From assembly GCA_963736475.1 (NCBI GenBank), contig CAVTOQ010000007.1, forward strand, positions 16,807 through 80,806: a DNA stretch of 64,000 nucleotides, written 5' to 3'. This document shows positions 63,684 to 64,000 of this stretch, one piece after another. The DNA is from Vulcanimicrobiota bacterium (GTDB lineage: Bacteria > Vulcanimicrobiota > Vulcanimicrobiia > Vulcanimicrobiales > Vulcanimicrobiaceae). The position numbers and the translations under genes were made by a program. Positions within the stretch are counted from its first letter, which is position 1; the number at the start of each line of letters is the position of its first letter. The notes under the pieces are model-generated. The model saw only the letters and a program-made list of their open reading frames with translations, was not told where the DNA came from and searched no databases.

Positions 63684-64000
63684 ATGGTGAAGAATTCAGC
63701 TTGGGCGTACCTCGTGGTCTCTTCGGGCGAGCAGGCGGACAGCCTACCGAATCAGCGGGCCTGGGCGGAGAAGTGCGCCACCGCGCACGGATGGACGATC
63801 ACTAACTACTTCGACGGCGTGGGCACCGGCAAGTACGGTCCACGCAAGAAGTACGACGAGATGCGCGCAGAGTTGCGCCGCCTCCCTGCAGCCGAGCGCC
63901 CAGAGGTCATACTTCTGATACGCCTTGACCGCATCGGACGGGGCGAGAACCTCGGAGAGATGCAGGTAGCCCTTTACGAGTTACACGAGTTGGGTGTCCG
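63684..64000 (+). CDS. Serine recombinase (resolvase/invertase catalytic domain), 5' part; continues beyond the window
   Basis: ATG 63684 gives MVKNSAWAYLVVSSGEQADSLPNQRAWAEKCATAHGWTITNYFDGVGTGKYGPRKKYDEMRAEL...VILLIRLDRIGRG. The AY.RVSS..Q-type active-site Ser motif and the later RLDRIGR motif are typical. It is missing from the ORF track because there is no stop in the window. Confidence 0.75.
   Translation, partial: MVKNSAWAYLVVSSGEQADSLPNQRAWAEKCATAHGWTITNYFDGVGTGKYGPRKKYDEMRAELRRLPAAERPEVILLIRLDRIGRGENLGEMQVALYELHELGV

Overview
High-GC (roughly 68-70% by eye) bacterial chromosomal segment, densely coding on both strands. I count about 65 protein-coding loci and recognised no rRNA, tRNA or CRISPR array. 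Content is mainly housekeeping and metabolic. It holds sufC(partial)-sufD-sufS-sufU, DUF485 plus an acetate-type permease, an ECF sigma factor whose partner is an unusual anti-sigma/Ogt fusion, a PHP-domain protein, an EF-G paralogue, a peptide-type ABC binding protein, pyrE and bcp. Next come ETF-QO directly followed by thiO-thiS-thiG, threonine aldolase, an M20 amidohydrolase, a 2-oxoacid dehydrogenase operon with two tandem E1-alpha genes, queD-queE-mqnB-mqnD, and aroH-tyrA preceded by a candidate Tyr-rich leader-peptide attenuator. The remainder holds glcD/glcE-like genes, trxB, an ABC-2 exporter, a type III PKS plus ICMT-family methyltransferase, a MocR regulator, malic enzyme, pmbA-tldD-dacB-pepN, an SDR, an RND pump, and the 5' end of a serine recombinase at the right edge. 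One caveat dominates. Bases 1 to about 10.3 kb and a few islands (19.5-21.9 kb, 32.7-34.9 kb) read as intact ORFs. Most genes elsewhere can only be reconstructed by hopping between reading frames, often several times per kb. Many six-frame ORFs in the track are therefore fragments or chimeras, and coordinates of disrupted genes are approximate. I label those loci pseudogene, meaning frame-disrupted as given; this may be assembly error rather than biology. The most interesting candidates are the ZAS anti-sigma/alkyltransferase fusion, the aromatic leader-peptide attenuator, and a second terminator-containing structured leader near 7.7 kb. Novelty cannot be established without database searches.
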